Shown: in pieces, positions 63,119-64,000 of the stretch | Layout: the number at the start of each line of letters is the position of its first letter | How positions within the stretch are numbered: the first letter of the stretch is position 1 | DNA from: Phoronis australis | Taxonomy: Eukaryota > Animalia > Phoronida | Direction of reading: 5' to 3' | Assembly (NCBI GenBank): GCA_002633005.1 | Contig: NMRA01000130.1 | Span: forward strand, 478,531 to 542,530 | Length of the DNA: 64,000 nt | Translations under genes and position numbers: made by a program | Notes under the pieces: generated by a model | The model's input: only the letters and a program-made list of their open reading frames with translations | Told to the model about the DNA's origin: nothing | Databases searched by the model: none

Positions 63119-64000
63119 CGGACCTTTAAAATCTTACTTACGTACAGGTTGTCACTCATTTTTGTGTCAAAACTCGGCAAAACTGTTTATTTTAAAGAAA
63201 TCAACTGACTGACTGATACTATTTTTAAATATGGCTTCCAAAACCATGCAGATTACTGTTTTTAGTCAAGATATTTGTAACTTTCATTCATTCTAAAAAT
63301 AAAGAGGTTGAAATAGCCGGCTTCGGACGGGTGCGCGGAGTCAGGCAAGTTCCGCGTTTTGGGTTCCGACTCCTACTGTAAAGAACGAAAGGGTCAGAAA
63401 GGAAGAAGCATCGGAAATTAATAAACGTAGAGACCTGAATAAGCGTCGTATAGACCAGAAAACGAGTCCGAAATAAATAAACATGTGGATATGGCTATTC
63501 AGAACTCCCGAGTACAGTATGCTAACTTGTAAAGCAATAACGGACTGTTGACCATAATTTGACTAAGGAACAATTGGAGACCAATTTGATAATGGTAACT
63601 GGTTTAAATCAAAAGTTGTTTTTTTTGATGGCTTTTATTAAAAAACATCAGATAAACCGATGGTAATTGACAGCTAAGGCAATGCACTGATTGTGGTCGC
63701 CGAGGCAGACAGGCGATCACCGGCCTGTAATAAGAAACCAAATGACTTTTTTTACAATATAAAGTATACAAAATAAGGAAACAGTTACAGTGAATAATAG
63801 GTTGGGAACAAAGAGAGACAAAACTAAGACTATATCTCCCTTGTAGAATTTTGTCACAAATATGTAAATTATGTAGGTCAGCTGACCAAAGTAAATTCTG
63901 AAATTTGCCCTGAGAAAAAAACAGCTCGTACCATATGTTTCAACAACTGGTCAATAAACTGTACGTGTTAAAGGATTGGATTCAACTTCATAGCGAAGAA

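Overview
AT-rich, intron-rich animal (invertebrate-looking) genomic DNA, not prokaryotic. Most entries in the ORF track are spurious or are exon fragments. I reconstructed two spliced genes by hand from GT-AG boundaries and phase continuity. (1) A NAB (NGFI-A/EGR-binding corepressor) gene on + has 9 coding exons from 5980 to the stop at 21333; its NCD1-encoding 5' part lies upstream of the window. (2) A complete STAT5-like gene on - has 17 coding exons from ATG 54094 to TGA 28894 (2400 nt, 799 aa). The genes are tail-to-tail, as NAB2-STAT6 are in human. Introns are full of non-autonomous DNA transposons (CWG-TSD Harbinger-like MITEs, a pogo-like element, a Kolobok-like foldback, CAG...CTG elements with 5-bp TSDs). 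There are also fossils of piggyBac, Penelope-like and possibly Sola3 elements, tRNA-derived SINE heads and minisatellites. The most unusual structure is a 58-bp tandem array (40497-40998) made of the last 48 nt of a STAT coding exon plus its own 5' splice site, giving 6 extra intact AAG|GTAAGT donors, all behind an in-frame stop. A decayed exon-end echo also appears in a NAB intron. Coordinates were counted by eye and no database searches were run.
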